DNA of 64,000 nucleotides from Trichosphaerium sp. ATCC 40318 (GCA_038496445.1 JALMLS010000017.1:1-64000); one strand, 5' to 3'; positions 40,567 through 54,107 are shown, counted from the first letter of the stretch. A program made the numbers and translations. The notes: generated from the sequence alone by a model not told the origin.

Positions 40567-43183
40567 ATGACCAGTAAAGCGCTGGAAATTTACTGCTGTG
40601 TTGTTGAGAACTACAAACCAATATTTCTTGCCCTTGCAAGCTCCCCAATAACAGAATTGCATATAGATACGAATAAAGAAGCGAATAGGAACGAAAATCA
40701 AACTCTTCTAGACGCTTTAGCGAATAAAAGCTCAAAAAATTCGTTATCAGCAACTGGTAGGGCCTTAACAAGCGACATCATCAAACAATTATTCGATCCT
40801 GAATGCGCATTCACTCGTCTATCATTTGGTTCGTTTTTCAAGCGTTTTCCTTTTATGGCTAATCATAAAGCACAGTACAATGCCACGACAATGCAGCTAA
40901 ATTATTTGCTCATATACCACCGTTATTCCTTTCGAACAGAACAATCACGAAACTAATCTTAAGCAAAAACACAATACTTCCTGACTCTCTAAAGCATATA
41001 TTTCTATCACTTGAATCAAGTCCTATAGCAGAATTGGGATTAGCATCTGTAAATTTACAGCGATCACGAGTTGTAGATACACTCTCCGAAACTGTAAAGA
41101 AACTATCGTCGACGCTAAAAGTGCTTGATGTGGGTACGTAAAATTAGAACCAACACAATCTAACCACAAATAATAAAAAAAAATCACAAAAATTTTTGGA
41201 TCTTTTTGTGTTTACTTGTTTGGCTCTAGGATCAAATGGACTTGATGATAATAGCGTCAAACTATTATGTAATGCATTGAGTGTACATGATAGTGTCATT
41301 AAAGATCTTGATATATCCAATAACGAATTTGCAAGCGAAGGATGTAAAGTACGACCAAAACCAAAAAAAAAACAAAAAAAAATCACAAAATTTTTCTCAT
41401 TAAATTGTAGGCCGTTAGTGACCTCCTTTGTGCTTCTAAATTGACTTCGATAAATTTAAGCGATAATACACTTACTGAGAGAGTGCGTTCAACCGACAAT
41501 ATTCACTTCAAACCTGACACGTTTAGTTCCTTGTCAACTTACCAGCAGTGCTTTTAATCAACACATTGAAACATCTCAAACTAGATGGCATACCTAGCCT
41601 CAACTCAAAACACCTCTCGGTACGCTACCACGCTCATTTTGACTGAGAAATCACTTACTAATATGAGTACATAGATGGTGGGTAGGGTAATACAAAATAC
41701 ACAATCACTTAAGAGTATCAGCTTAGCAAGAAACAACTTGGACACAAAAGGTGTTGCAGATATTGCAACTGCAATTGTTACAAACAAAACGCTTACTTCA
41801 CTTAACCTCAGTAATGTTGGTAATGGGTTACCTCCTCTGCCAGGTTGCTTGCATATTGTTGATTGTTTATTCTACAATACAAGTATTAAGAAGGTTGATG
41901 TATCAGGGTGGCAAGAAACATTAGAGTCAGCGTATATCCCTGAAATGATTGCTGGTACACAAGCAGTACGATGTCAATGTGTTAAGCTTTTGAAACTGAC
42001 TGATGCTATCATTGATATGGTGACAGAGTTCTATGCTGATGGTAACTATCACTTACTACCTTCGGATTACTAACCTGTTGTTTTAAATAGATCCACGGTG
42101 GCAATACTTTATCAAACAACGGACCAAGGTGAGTCTATCATGTTTGGTTTTTTGCAAATTTTATCCGTTATGTCACGTGGTACTGATGCTAAAACATTTT
42201 AGCGGGTTCCACTTATCAGAAATATAATTGCAAAGCCGACTCTTAAGTATATAAAAGATAAGGGCATTATATGGGAAGCATACACTTCAGTTGATAAACA
42301 TGACCTTCCTGGTCTTAAAGGTACTCCTTTTTTTTCTCTAGAGCCATTTAATGTATCTAATGTATTGATTTTAAGGATGTAGTTGTTGGATGCCACCTTC
42401 TCGGAGACTTAATATTCCGTTTTGTACGTATAAACTGCAATAAACTGCTTAAACATTTCGCCACTATTTTGTTTCCCTTACTCCCTTTTAGCGACACTTC
42501 TCATGTCTTCTACAAAAACTTTATTACGCGTTGGATTGGGAACTGCTACTAAGATTAAGAATTTTTACACTAAACTAGACAAGGTACAAAAAACAAAAAA
42601 CCCAAAGCGTTACAAAACTATAAAACACGTGAAAGGAGATTTTCTGTTTTTGTTTTTTTGGGTTTTTATAGAGCCAACGTTAACTTATTTCGCTTTTTAG
42701 TGGTTTGAATCAACATGTCCTAAAGAGGCTTGGGTTGTAGTATACTCATGTATTGATGTCAGGTTCAAGAAGTATGAACAATCTTAATCCTTCTGTTGAA
42801 CCTTTTTTCTCATTTTTTCCTTTTAGTGATAGATTAGTATGGGATAGTGTAATGCAACAAGGATGTGAGGTAGCTGATCATGAAAATAGAAGGGTCTGGA
42901 CATTTTTAACAGATGAATCTCTTATTCCATTTTACCAAAACTATGGATTTGAAGAGGACCCAACAAAACAGTTGATAATGAGTACGAACTAAAACTACAA
43001 CTTCTTGTTTTAGTGCTAAAAATTTATTTTGTAGAAAATGGACCAAAAGTTTTTTCTGTTGAACGTCCACCACAAGCAAAGGATTCAAAGAGTAAGAGGG
43101 TATCTACAAGATACCGTCGTGAAACTTGGTCAAAGAGTAGTGTAGGTAGCTCAGTAATGCCTCTTGTACCAGAAGAAAAATAG
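40567..43183 (+). CDS. RNI-like leucine-rich repeat protein fused to C-terminal GNAT-fold domain
   Basis: LRRs (LKVLDVGSNGLDDNSVKLLCNAL, IKDLDISNNEF, LKSISLARNNLDTKG) continue in frame into FYADDPRWQYF...GCSCWMPP...ADHENRRVWTF..ESLIPFYQNYGF...GPKVFSVERPP; stop TAG at 43181-43183. Confidence 0.75.
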
Positions 43184-43474
43184 TTTGAAGTTTTTAACAC
43201 ATCACAATAAAGTCTGTACTATACAATCAAAACTTCTGGATTTTGTTGCCGCTAGAGATTTTGATATGTTTTATCATTGATTTGTATTGCCCTAAGCAAT
43301 GGTGTTGCAAGGACTTGTAAGCAATGGGCGTGAAACCATTGGTTAATTGCTGTTTTGCTTTCTTTCATGGTCAATGTAAGAACAGCATGTGCCCGTGGCA
43401 CAAACTTGAATGAACATTACTTTATTGTGGTAAAAAAAAGGTGTAGTTTACAAGTTCCCACATTCTATTAGACT

Positions 43475-44737
43475 TTACAACATTTGCTGATACTCCCTAG
43501 TACTTTAATTAAGCTAGTGCAAAAATATACAAAGGAAAAACGTACAATCCTTGAGGTTCAGGTCGCTTAGTCCACCATACCATAAATCCAATAACGGCCG
43601 CTGCAATAATAACAAAAGCTAACACACCCACTACAACTATTGCCCAGAGAGGAAACCCTCCTAGTGTCCTTTGTTAGCAGTTTACAGCGATATCAATAAA
43701 GTACCTTTGGATTGTGAATCTTGTCCAGAGGAAGCGGAATTTGGGGCTACTGTTGTTGGCGGCAATGTAGTTGGTAGCTCTGTTGTTGGAGGCGTCGTTG
43801 TTGGTGAAGCACTTGTTGGTGATAACGTTGTTGGTGTAACTGTGGTTGGCACTATTGTTGTTGGATTTACAGTAGTTGGAGTCTCTGTAGTTGGCGGAGC
43901 GGTTGTGGGCGCATTTGTAGTCGGCAACGCTGTCGTTGGTGGAGTAGTTGTTGGTGGTAGAGTTCTTGGCGGAACAGTTGTTGGTGGTGGAGTTGTTGGT
44001 GGAACAGTTGTTGGTGGGACAGTTGTGGGCGGAAGACTTGTTGGAGGCGTTGTTGGTGGAGCACTTGGTGGAACAGTTGTTGGTGCATCGGTTGTCGGTG
44101 AATCAGTTGTAGGTGGAATAGTTGTTGGTGAAGCAGTTGTTGGTGGCGGAGGAGGGACATAAGGCGTTTCTGTACAATTAAAACAGTAGAAAACTTTTAA
44201 GCCATTCTCTATATTCTCGTCGTATCCACGCATGAAACATTTCGTTTCTGTACTTAAAATGGATACAGAGCCCAATGTAAGGACGGAAGTATTTAGCCCT
44301 GAAGGTGGCACATAACCCATGAGATTGAGCCAATTCAATGATGTCTCTTTATCGAAATTTAATTTCAAGAATGTGTTCCACTCGCTAACAACAACTGATC
44401 CCTATTAAGCGATTAAACACAGTTTATCGATTTTTTCAGAAAACAAAAACTTTTGTACGTTGGATACACTATCGCTAAGTTCATCATAAGCTGGAAACCC
44501 GCTGCTTGTGCCTTCTAGTTCTGAACCAGTTAAAAAAGGTAGCGCTTGGTCCTCTGAATGAACTGCAAAAAACCTAATACTGTGTTCTTCTGGTTCATAC
44601 GTTTTATCTGGGGCGTATATATCTTCTACGACTACGTTTAAATAGCAGGTAGACTGACCCTTTATATAAACTCTGCAATACGTAAATTGGAATGCTAAAC
44701 AAGCTAGAAACCATAGCGCTTGAACAGTGGTCGCCAT
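43475..44737 (-). CDS. Type I membrane mucin-like glycoprotein with C-terminal YxxPhi sorting motif
   Basis: Signal peptide MATTVQALWFLACLAFQFTYC; Thr/Pro-rich stalk; TM segment WAIVVVGVLAFVIIAAAVIGFMVWW; spliced tail ...PQGLEYQQML*. Confidence 0.8.
43750..44150 (-). repeat. Degenerate 15-nt coding repeat (PTTxP mucin stalk)
   Basis: PTTASPTTIPPTTDSPTTDAPTTVPP... about 25 pentapeptide units. Confidence 0.9.
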
Positions 44738-44975
44738 GATGCTTTGTTGGTTCTGTTACCTGAAGCAAAATGCTGTCTCCAAAACGGGCACAATTCTTGG
44801 CTGTTCGGGTAAAATACAATGAATCAAACAGCACGCTATATAAATATACAAAGGTGGCGGTAACAAGACCCATAGTTTGAACCACGAAGTTTCTCGTAGA
44901 CCAAAATAGGACCGTGCGATTTGGAGTAGTCGCATTCATTTAACGAGGCTAAGACATTCACTTATTCTTAACACC

Positions 44976-45633
44976 ATGAAAGCAACTACAGCTGTATTGG
45001 TTGTATTCATATCATGTGTAGCTGCACTACACTACGAGAGAATTCAAGTCAAATGCACGATGCAATTAGCTTCAGAAACTATCTACACCGAAACAAAACT
45101 ATGGCCAGATAGTGATAGTTTCATTGTATTTGACTATGCGTTCATCACGAACAATAAGCAATACAAAGAAATAGAAGACTTGTATGATTATAGAATTAGG
45201 CTACGACCAATTGAGTGGACAGTTAATGCAACAGCAGAACAATTACTAAAAGACTATATCGAGGGTGGTGCTATTTTGAAGGCATCACTAGCACCAGAAC
45301 CTTTTACTGCAAAGTATGATGTAATGCCCGGAAACCATATTTTAGACGTTATGGGCTTATTTGACTATGATACAACAGGTCTTGAAGCAGGTAAAGCCTT
45401 TCTATCTCTAGATAAAATAAAAACTAATTTCCTAATACTTTTTTTTAACAGCTGCTCCTTTAATATCCTTAAACTTGGGTTATCTTCACAGTACAGCTGC
45501 CAAAGAAATACAAATGCACTTTGACAAAAACACTAGAAATGGACTTTCCTTCACATTAACACAAACTGTACTCGTGACGAATATGACCCAATACCAGCTC
45601 CAGTTTAAGGCAATAAAGTGCTTCATTTATTAA
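44976..45633 (+). CDS. Secreted protein of unknown function (2 exons)
   Basis: Signal peptide MKATTAVLVVFISCVAA; one GTAAAG..ACAG intron; stop TAA at 45631-45633. Confidence 0.7.
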
Positions 45634-45760
45634 AATACAAGCCCTCCCATTGTACATTAACTTTTCAAGAACAAAGTTTGGTCACGTGCTTGTAGCATCA
45701 GGCTAAAGCAAACGTTGAAGACTCAAATCTGATTTTTAAGCCAGCTCATAACACTGCTTT

Positions 45761-46587
45761 TCATCTACATTTTGGGCAAGCTGAGTAACTGTAGCTTTTA
45801 AACATTGTTAGAACCTTCATATTAAACCTACAACACTTGCAATAAACCAAACTGTGAAGTCCAACCAATGTCTCCATGCCCGCAGATGTCAATTTTCTAC
45901 ACCCGATACTTGAATACCTTTAACACCTATCAACGCTCTAATACCTTCATCTGTCACTTTACAGTTTTCCAGTGATATACTGTATACTCCAGCAAGCGCC
46001 TTTATACCTTCATCCGTGACTGCTGTGTTATTCAAGTGAATGGTGTGTACACCATGAAGATGCTTAATACTTTCGTCTGTCACCTTAGTATTTGTAAGAT
46101 CAATTGTGTGAACTCCAGCAAGTTCTATTACTCCTTTGTCTGTTACACGTTTGTTATTACGTAGGTTTAATGTATGTATTCCCTTGAGACGTTGTACTAT
46201 GTCATCAGTAATAACACCACAAGTGGCAAAGTTGGCTGAACGTAGATTTGACACAGTTTTGAGCAATGTTAAGAGTGGTAGCTTGCGCCAAGGTATTCTT
46301 CTGCAGAGATCGATGTTACGTATACCCTTCAATGTACCTATCGTAAGGCAAGACTGTCTATACTTGTTGAACGTAAATAGAGAGTTTTTAACAATACCGT
46401 TGTATTTTCTCATTTGCTCCATGTCCGATGAATGCTTGGGATAGACTATCATGTAGCCTACATAATTATGGATTATTTCAGCTGTATGAGAACAAGTTTG
46501 AGCTATAGCAAGCCTGTCTCTATCTAGCATCTCGAAAATGTATGTTAATGTCTCACAAGGAAGGGTGAGGAGAGTTGCTGCCGCCAT
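45761..46587 (-). CDS. Intronless F-box + leucine-rich repeat protein with an apparent 1-nt frameshift near 45903
   Basis: LLTLPCETLTYIFEML (F-box); 22-23-aa repeats VTDxxIxxLxGVHTIxL. The annotated frame stops at 45889, but the LRR pattern continues in the shifted frame to a stop at 45761. Confidence 0.82.
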
Positions 46588-47279
46588 AGCGCTATTTATT
46601 TGGCACGTGACAAAGAAAACACAAGAAATTTCAGGTTTGAACAAATATGACCTACCAACTAGACGTACATTAGCAACTACGACAGAAAGTAGATATCACC
46701 CACTCCGCCTGGTGGAAACTACATTTCTTTTTTTGAACATCTTTTCCAATGTAAATGAACCACAATTGCTCTGCGCTTGACCCTTCCATCAGGGGCGAAT
46801 GTGTTCCTTCCTTACCGAGAAGTACTTCGTTTGCTGGTTGGTAGCCAAAGGACTGTTCCAATCATTTGCATTCCTAGTGAGCACAACATCTGAACTTAAT
46901 GAGTTGCTTGTGGTTAGTGACACACAGTTCTAACGATTAGTGAGTATTGTAGGACTTGTAACTACTTTTTGGTTGCCAACAATACTCTTATCACGTGACA
47001 GAACTGTAAACACTGAAAGGTTGGAGTGTACCGTACACTAATCTAAAATCTGCTTTATTAATTCAACTTTTATAGAATAGGGCATGTGTCATAAGGCCTG
47101 TCACTGGTTTCTACAATACCAAGTATCCTTTATGACAGTTTTAGTAATAAATGTACTATGATAAAGTTATTACCTAGCTTTCCAGAACTTCTTCCTATAT
47201 TGACTCACTGTTTGTCTCACAAACTTGAGGTTGTCAAGGGTGCTACGCTCAAAAGTTAAACCCAGCTATCAAAAAAAAA

Positions 47280-48140
47280 AAAACATACGAATAAAAACCA
47301 ATAATCTTATCACCTGACCACTCTATTTCTAGTTGGATTATGTCGTTATCATCCAAATATTGTTTTTCTGGATCACAAACCAACATGGGTACTTCTAAGA
47401 GAGCCATAAACACGAAAAATACAAGAAACAAAGATTTTCCCTTTAAAAAAAAAACAATGGACGCCGTTTTGTGGAGGTGATACCTTTAGTTTCATTATAT
47501 CTTCTTTGCATCTTGATTGACCATTTACCTCTTGTAAAATACCAAAGTTCAAAACCACCAACACACCTCAATTTAAGTCCAAGAATATCTTCCTGTGCGT
47601 CACATAGACATATTTTGTAGGTTCCATTTTGTTTTATCTCCAGATAATAAATATCAGCACGACTATCAAACCAACCACCATTACAGTAGTAACGCCTTTT
47701 GTATCCTTGTTAGTGTATCATAAAACAATACAAAAAAAAAAGGCAGTGCTGCGTATTTGGTGGTAAAAATAGACTTTTCCGAAATTTTAAGCAAGTGAGG
47801 TCACTGTGGAATCATATGTCTGATCCGCATTGAAAAGTGCATGTTACAAAAGGTTATGTAATTATTCGTTTAGGCTGATACTAGCGGAATATCACGTGAG
47901 GTGGAAAATAGAGACAGTGATTTGTCTGGAAGCTGATGAGAAACTAAGTGTCGTTTCAAAGTCAGTGAACCTAAATGAAGAGTCAGAACCTATTTATAAA
48001 TAGAAACAAGCCCACGTGGCAATGTGGTATAATATTTCTAGAGGAAGAGGATGTAGATTGTCTTCGCATAGTACATTACAATCAAAGCGTTCCATTAAGG
48101 CTTGTTTTATACTTATTGTTTGATTATATTGAGCCTAGCC
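47280..48140 (-). pseudogene. Possible degenerate F-box (+MATH-like) gene
   Basis: Fragments LHPLPLEILYHIAT/FTDFETTLSFSSASRQ (F-box-like) and LVCDPEKQYLDDNDIIQLEIEW (resembles a MATH C-terminus). I could not build a stop-free model. Confidence 0.3.
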
Positions 48141-48726
48141 TAGACTTTTGAACAGTATTTTGTTGAAATAGGTTAAGTTCTAGTGCTTTTCTGAACACCT
48201 TTCCTCTAAAGAAATTAACGTACTTTACATTAAAGTGCACACCACACACCACGATTAATCTCACTGTTTGCATGAAGCATCATTCCAATCTCACCATTAA
48301 AAACAATGTGATTTCTTTAGTTATCACTGAAAAAAAAAACTCAAGCAACTGACTTGTACCTCCTCACTGCACATGGTACATATCTCTTCTCTCCGTAATA
48401 TAAATTAAAGGTACAATACTATTTAGCTTATAGGTTTTTCAAACAAGAGGCGAGTGCTACACTTCGATTAAATGGTATCGCTGTTTGCATCAAGAGGCAA
48501 ATCCATCTCTTGTTTTTAATCATCAAAACTCTTCACAACATGTGCCTCCGTATCTGTTGTAAGCAATAAAAAGACAAGTACCTATTTACGATATGATTGA
48601 TGCGTCCAATAAAATACATTGTGACAAACATCACGAATAAACGACGCAAGTTACATCTAAGCTTTTGGTCATACAATCGCGCTGAAAAAAGGTTTCAGAG
48701 AAAAAACGACAGAATTTCGCCACACA

Positions 48727-49696
48727 ATGGGAGACGACGCGTGGGAGGATGTGTTGAAACAAATAAACGCGGCCACGACCAGCTATATACCCGCAGAGCG
48801 GGAAGATGTATTTAGAAACGAAAAACGTTGGGCTTTCACAGTACGCGATGTACTTTCACCAGAAGAATGTAATGCGATCGTGAAACTCACAGAAAGTTTG
48901 GGTACTGGTTTTTATGCATCTGGTGACTAAATTAGCTTAAAGGCTACACAGAGAACATTAAAGGCCAAGAACGGTATCGCACTAACTATTCATACCGCGC
49001 AGAGCTCCCTGGACTTGCGAAAGCAATGTTCAATCGTTTAAAAGGTCCAACAAAAAGCAACACGACTTCCTTCAAAAACTTAATGTTTACAAGGTTCTGT
49101 ACCATCAAAACTAGAATTAAAAGATCCTTGCCCTGGAGTTTGGGAGTTATCAGGTTGTACAACTCATGTAAACTTTTCTCGATACCATCCTGGACAATTT
49201 ATAAATGCTCATCTTGACAGCTTCTACAAAACGGATAATGACAACCGTACCTTCTTTTCAATCTTGGTTTACTTGTCCAACAACCCGGAAAGTGGTGCAA
49301 CATCATTTATTGGAGAAGATGATAAAGTAGTATCACGTGTTAGACCATCTGAAGGTACCAAAAGGAAAAAAACACTAAAAAATTTACTGATTTTTTTTCC
49401 TCTTAGGACTTTCTCTCATCTTTGATCATCAACTTAAACATGCCGGCGAGAGTTTGGATAAGGGTGTGAAGTATTTAATGTTCTTGAATGCAACATATAC
49501 ACGTGTCATACGTCCAGAAACAGAAGATTTTAAGAAACAATGTGCAGCGGAAGATTTGGTCGATCAAGCAGGAGCATGTGAAGCTGTGGGCGATTTTAAA
49601 CAAGCAATACAACTCTATAAGAGAGCTTGGAAGAAATGGCCTGCTTTAGAAGGAAAGGACTACTACAGTACGCCGTTACACATAATGCATGTATAA
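48727..49696 (+). CDS. 2OG-Fe(II) oxygenase (prolyl-4-hydroxylase-like) with C-terminal TPR/MIT-like helices
   Basis: VRDVLSPEECNAIV; RYHPGQFINAHLD (HxD); ILVYLS..GATSF; LIFDHQLKHAGE..GVKY. Confidence 0.85.
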
Positions 49697-49934
49697 ATAA
49701 AGCACAAACGTGTTACCTTTTTTTTGGCTTCTCCAACTTGGAGCTACACAATCTGGTGCCGTAAATTGAAAATTTAATAGACTAGATCTAGTAATCATCG
49801 ATATTCTCAGTTTTTTTTAATCTCAGAATAAGAAGATTCGCTACTACTTCACACAAGTCATTGTTTTCAATGAACAGTTTTTATCGTTAAGTACAAAGCC
49901 CAATCAACAATTTAAATACCAAATTAGTTGTACA

Positions 49935-51039
49935 ATGCTCATGTTTGGACCAAAACAGTTTAACGTTAAAAGTTTGGCACTAGATAATGCTAAAGTGCTT
50001 ATTGTTGGCATGGGTGGAGGATGCGATGTAATGGGTGCTTGGGCGATGGCTGAGCACTTGCAACCTATTTTCCCAACAGCTACGATATACTACGCAAATA
50101 CCAAGCGGTACGCGCTTACGCCACCCACTAAGAATACTAAATCGCTGAAATATCAACAGAAGAGTGAAAGAAAACGATTTAACTCAAGTATCGCCCCATA
50201 TCTACAAAATACCAACTATGGTAGTTCCCATACAAGTACAACGCCCATTCCATCACTTTGACGCCTTATCGTGTTTGTAGGTAGGTAAAGTAACTTACGG
50301 CACAACAGCAGTATCGAGGTCGGTGCCAAGAGGGCCAGATGATAGGTATGAGCGTTTACTTCAACGTATTAAGAGAAATGTAACGTTTTGTGTAAAGTCC
50401 ATGGATCTTAGTTCTACCAAAAGCAAATGAAGTCGAGCGTCTACACCAGATAAACAAGGAACTTTGTAGTCACAAATTTGACGTTATTATTGGCGTAGAC
50501 AACGGTGGTGATTCGTTGACAGGTGGAATGGATGCTGATAAACGTGATGAGGAAATGATGGCTGTATTGCGAAATGTAGGAGCTAAATTTTATCATTTTG
50601 TATTTGGACCAGGTACACAACATAATCACATGTGTTTTTTACTTTTTGTCTTACTTTTGTTTCACAAACCACTTAGGGTGTGATGGCGAATCATCTCAGC
50701 AAGATATGATTGATAGCGTACAAGCACTAGAGAAGAGAGGAAACTACTTAGGACAGTTCTCCTTGGAGCCACTTACGGATAACTTCCGAAGTGTGACAAG
50801 CAACCTACAAAAGAGAACACCTAACATTATCCTACAAGGGTTCGACGGAGGATTACCAACAGTAGAAAAAGATGGTACGCAACCTTGGCTCTTTTTTTTT
50901 TATCGAAAACGTCTTTAACGTACCGTTTGTTATTCAAGGAGTTGAACTAATGAGAATACCGAGAATGTCAGATCCCGAAATACCAAGAGAGTGGCTAAAA
51001 ATATCACTTGTGTTTGATTACGATAAATCAAAGCTGTAA
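49935..51039 (+). CDS. DUF1152 family protein
   Basis: VLIVGMGGGCDVMGA; DVIIGVDNGGDSLTGG; FGPGCDGES. Confidence 0.75.
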
Positions 51040-51345
51040 ATTCTCCATGAACGTTTTCTTAGATTTTCTGTGAAGATGAAAAGTCAACAACAAAATAAGT
51101 TGTATCAATACACTGCCCTTGATGTTACCAACTCTTCTTCAGATTGTTCTCTGAGATTGATGATGTGCTGATCTAGTGGCCTCATGGCAGCCCACTGATG
51201 CCAACTATCACTTTTTGCCAGTAGGTTTTCTGACAATCCCGATTTAGACATTCATTCGGTTAAACTATTTTCCCGCGTTTATCAAACTTGTACACTTTTC
51301 TTTTTATAACAAACATCGACAGGAGATTCATGGGATATTGATTCT

Positions 51346-53662
51346 TTAAGGTTTATGAACATAAGGTTGAAAATTTACAGCTTTGACGGGTTTTAAGTTT
51401 GAAGCAGCAGGAAACGACATATTAGCGCTTTGTAGCCTTGTTGCGCCCGAAAAATCAGCGAATGGAGGTAGTACCCGAGCCCCTACTGTTGTTGTTGCTC
51501 TTATTGGTATCATAGCCTTTGGCTTGGTGACTGCGGGCACAACACAAGCTGGTGTTGGTGGGTGGAAGTATTGAAGGATATATTTCTGAGTTTCTTGAAG
51601 TGCTTGCACTTGGCGAGTTAAGCGATCCACGTGACCAAGAATCATACCTAATTGATCTAAAAAAGCAAAGGTATCAGCAAACAAGGCGTGCTACATAAAT
51701 ACTTCGTACCTTTTGAGCTAAAGCTATTCTCATTTTCTACTACATCAGCATCCATACTATCAATTGATGAAGTTCCAAATCGCGATTGTTGCTGTTCTGG
51801 TTCTTTGTGATGCCTAAATGAGTAGTGTGTCATACCATTTGATAGATTTACAGCCTGTGGTTGTGAGCCTAAGGGTTGAATTTAGTGGTTTCTAATGAAA
51901 GAAAAGCGACAGGCGTACGCCTTTTTGTTGGTGTATCTTGTTTTCTCCACCAATATTGTGCTATACTACGTGTATCATCGCTGCTACCACTTTTACTAAA
52001 CGCGGTTCTGTCGAGCTTGTATACTATCTTCCCGTCAAGTTCTTCTTTGACTATACCATAGATTTGTCGGTACTTTGACCAACCTGTTAATAAGACTGTT
52101 AGCTAGATATTCAAACAACCGAGGCATACTTGTTCTGTACAATGTGTCTCTTCTACCGACATAATTCTTGAATTGTTCTAGACCAAACAGTGAGTACAAG
52201 AAGGAGCAACTAAAGATAAAACGTGTACATACCATCATGTAAAGCGAATGTATTTTCTGTTTCCCAATGACCAACTACGCCAGCTTGGAGTTGAGTGTGA
52301 AGCCATACAAGAAACGGTTGACGCTAAAAGAGAAAACAAAATAAACAAGATATACATCACATTGTATACTCACTTTCATTTTTTCGGATTGCATACTTGA
52401 TGGCTTTACTGTTGTTGATACAGTGTTGAGCTATTTTTCTGTGAAAAAGAGTTTCAAAAAATTACGTGTATACGCACGTGAGGAGCTATTACAAAAGCTT
52501 CCGATTTTGTTTTCTTGTAGCACGCAAAAAAGTGTTGTTGATTAAGTGGTGATGTGATACTAGAAAACAAAATAGCGTCAACATGAGGCACGTATAAACT
52601 TTTGTTAGTGCGACGTACAGTATTTCTACAGTGATGCGAAAAGCTACAGAGCAAAGTTCGGCTTTTAAATTACGGCAAGGTATTTCATTGCCAGTGCTAT
52701 CTACAATCTTGAAGTGATCAGGGCTAAAGTCATCCATTTTTCTAACATAAAAAGTGGAAACTTACTTCCAAATCAGTAAATGGGTTGGGTATGAAAAAGG
52801 TAATGTACATTTTGGGGATGCATAGTAGCAACGTGTTCCAAACTCATTAACGTCAGATTTATCATCTAGAGATACCACCTAAGTAGTTTTCATAAGATTT
52901 TATTACGAGTCTCTATCTAGAATACCAAAAAAAGCTACAGAGTAACAGAAAGAAAAACAATTTTTTATGAGAATATCGGGAAAATTATTATACCGTAAGT
53001 ACTGGTGTAGATATAGGTGGGAATAATGTAACATCTGTAAGCTCATTTCGTGGTTTTTTAGCTGTTCTATCAGACTGTACACTTTGTAAAATTGGTTGTA
53101 GTTTACGCTTCTTCCCTTGAGGCGTTTCTTCGAATCTCAGATGAACAGATGCAACACCATTATCTGTGCTATCAATATCATTCGAACTTTCCTTCTTACT
53201 ACCAGGGCTCGATAATATAATATCCAACTTTAGACCTTGTCCTGCAACAAAGCCAGAACAATACTGGCTGGGATGAGTTCGAAATTCGAGCGTTATGATC
53301 ATTTTAGTATCATGGCACCGGAATTCTATGCATTCGAATATTTGGTTATCGGCCGTTTCTTTTAGCAACGGTTCACCCGAAAGAGACCTAAGTTTAAAGT
53401 TTGGCACTAGCTGGGCGTGATGCCCACGAACTAACCCCAATTCAAGCGTTGTAAACTTGCGGTTGTTAGGTGAGTTAGATATTTGCACAACATTCGGTTT
53501 AACCACAACTTGTCTATTTGTTCGCGTAAGAATTGATTTTGTTACGTTTTTTGTTCAAATTCCAAAGCTTAATTAGTGGTTTTGTTTTCCATAATTGCAA
53601 CAAGCTCGCAGTAGGGTTATAGGGTTAATAGCGTACTTTACTACACCAGAGAAGCTTGACAT
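51346..53662 (-). CDS. Putative transcription factor with divergent HSF-type DNA-binding domain and coiled coil
   Basis: Exons join in frame from MSSFSGVVK through ORFs 52988..53506 and 52489..52737 to PFLVWLHTQLQAGVVGHWETENTFALHDEQFKNY...SWSKYRQIYGIVKE...YKLDRTAFSK, and later HVDRLTRQVQALQETQKYILQYF. Confidence 0.55.
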
Positions 53663-54107
53663 GAATGCCTCCGGTTCGTCTAGTGATACAGCAGTGGAGA
53701 GAGTACGCAGGTGAGCGCGGTTGGGCTTCGTAGGCTCTTCTTAAGAAATGAACAACAATGGCCGGTAAAAGCGTCATTACTTACCTAAAGGTTGCACATT
53801 ACCTTTATACGTGGCCTCCCACGTCACTTTCATGAGCAGTACGAATTTGTGCTTAAGAAAGGAATATTTAAGTGGTGTGTGTGCTACACGCGCACTTATG
53901 ATATGTCCAAAACTGGTGAACAATTCAACTATCGTAACTTGCGTATGTCATTCGGTTTAGCCTATTTTCTTAACAATCTAGAGAATGACACTTTTGGATT
54001 CTATTTACTTGTTTTGTACATCAGACAAACTACATACATTGGGTATTTAGCGTTGTTCTTCTTTTTTAACTTTTCCCCGCTCCTGAAAGATTGTGAGTAA
54101 AAGTACC

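Noticed and set aside
43671-44162. Val/Gly-rich ORF (+) and His/Gln-rich ORF (-)
   Set aside because: Antisense and alternate-frame shadows of the PTTxP mucin repeat.
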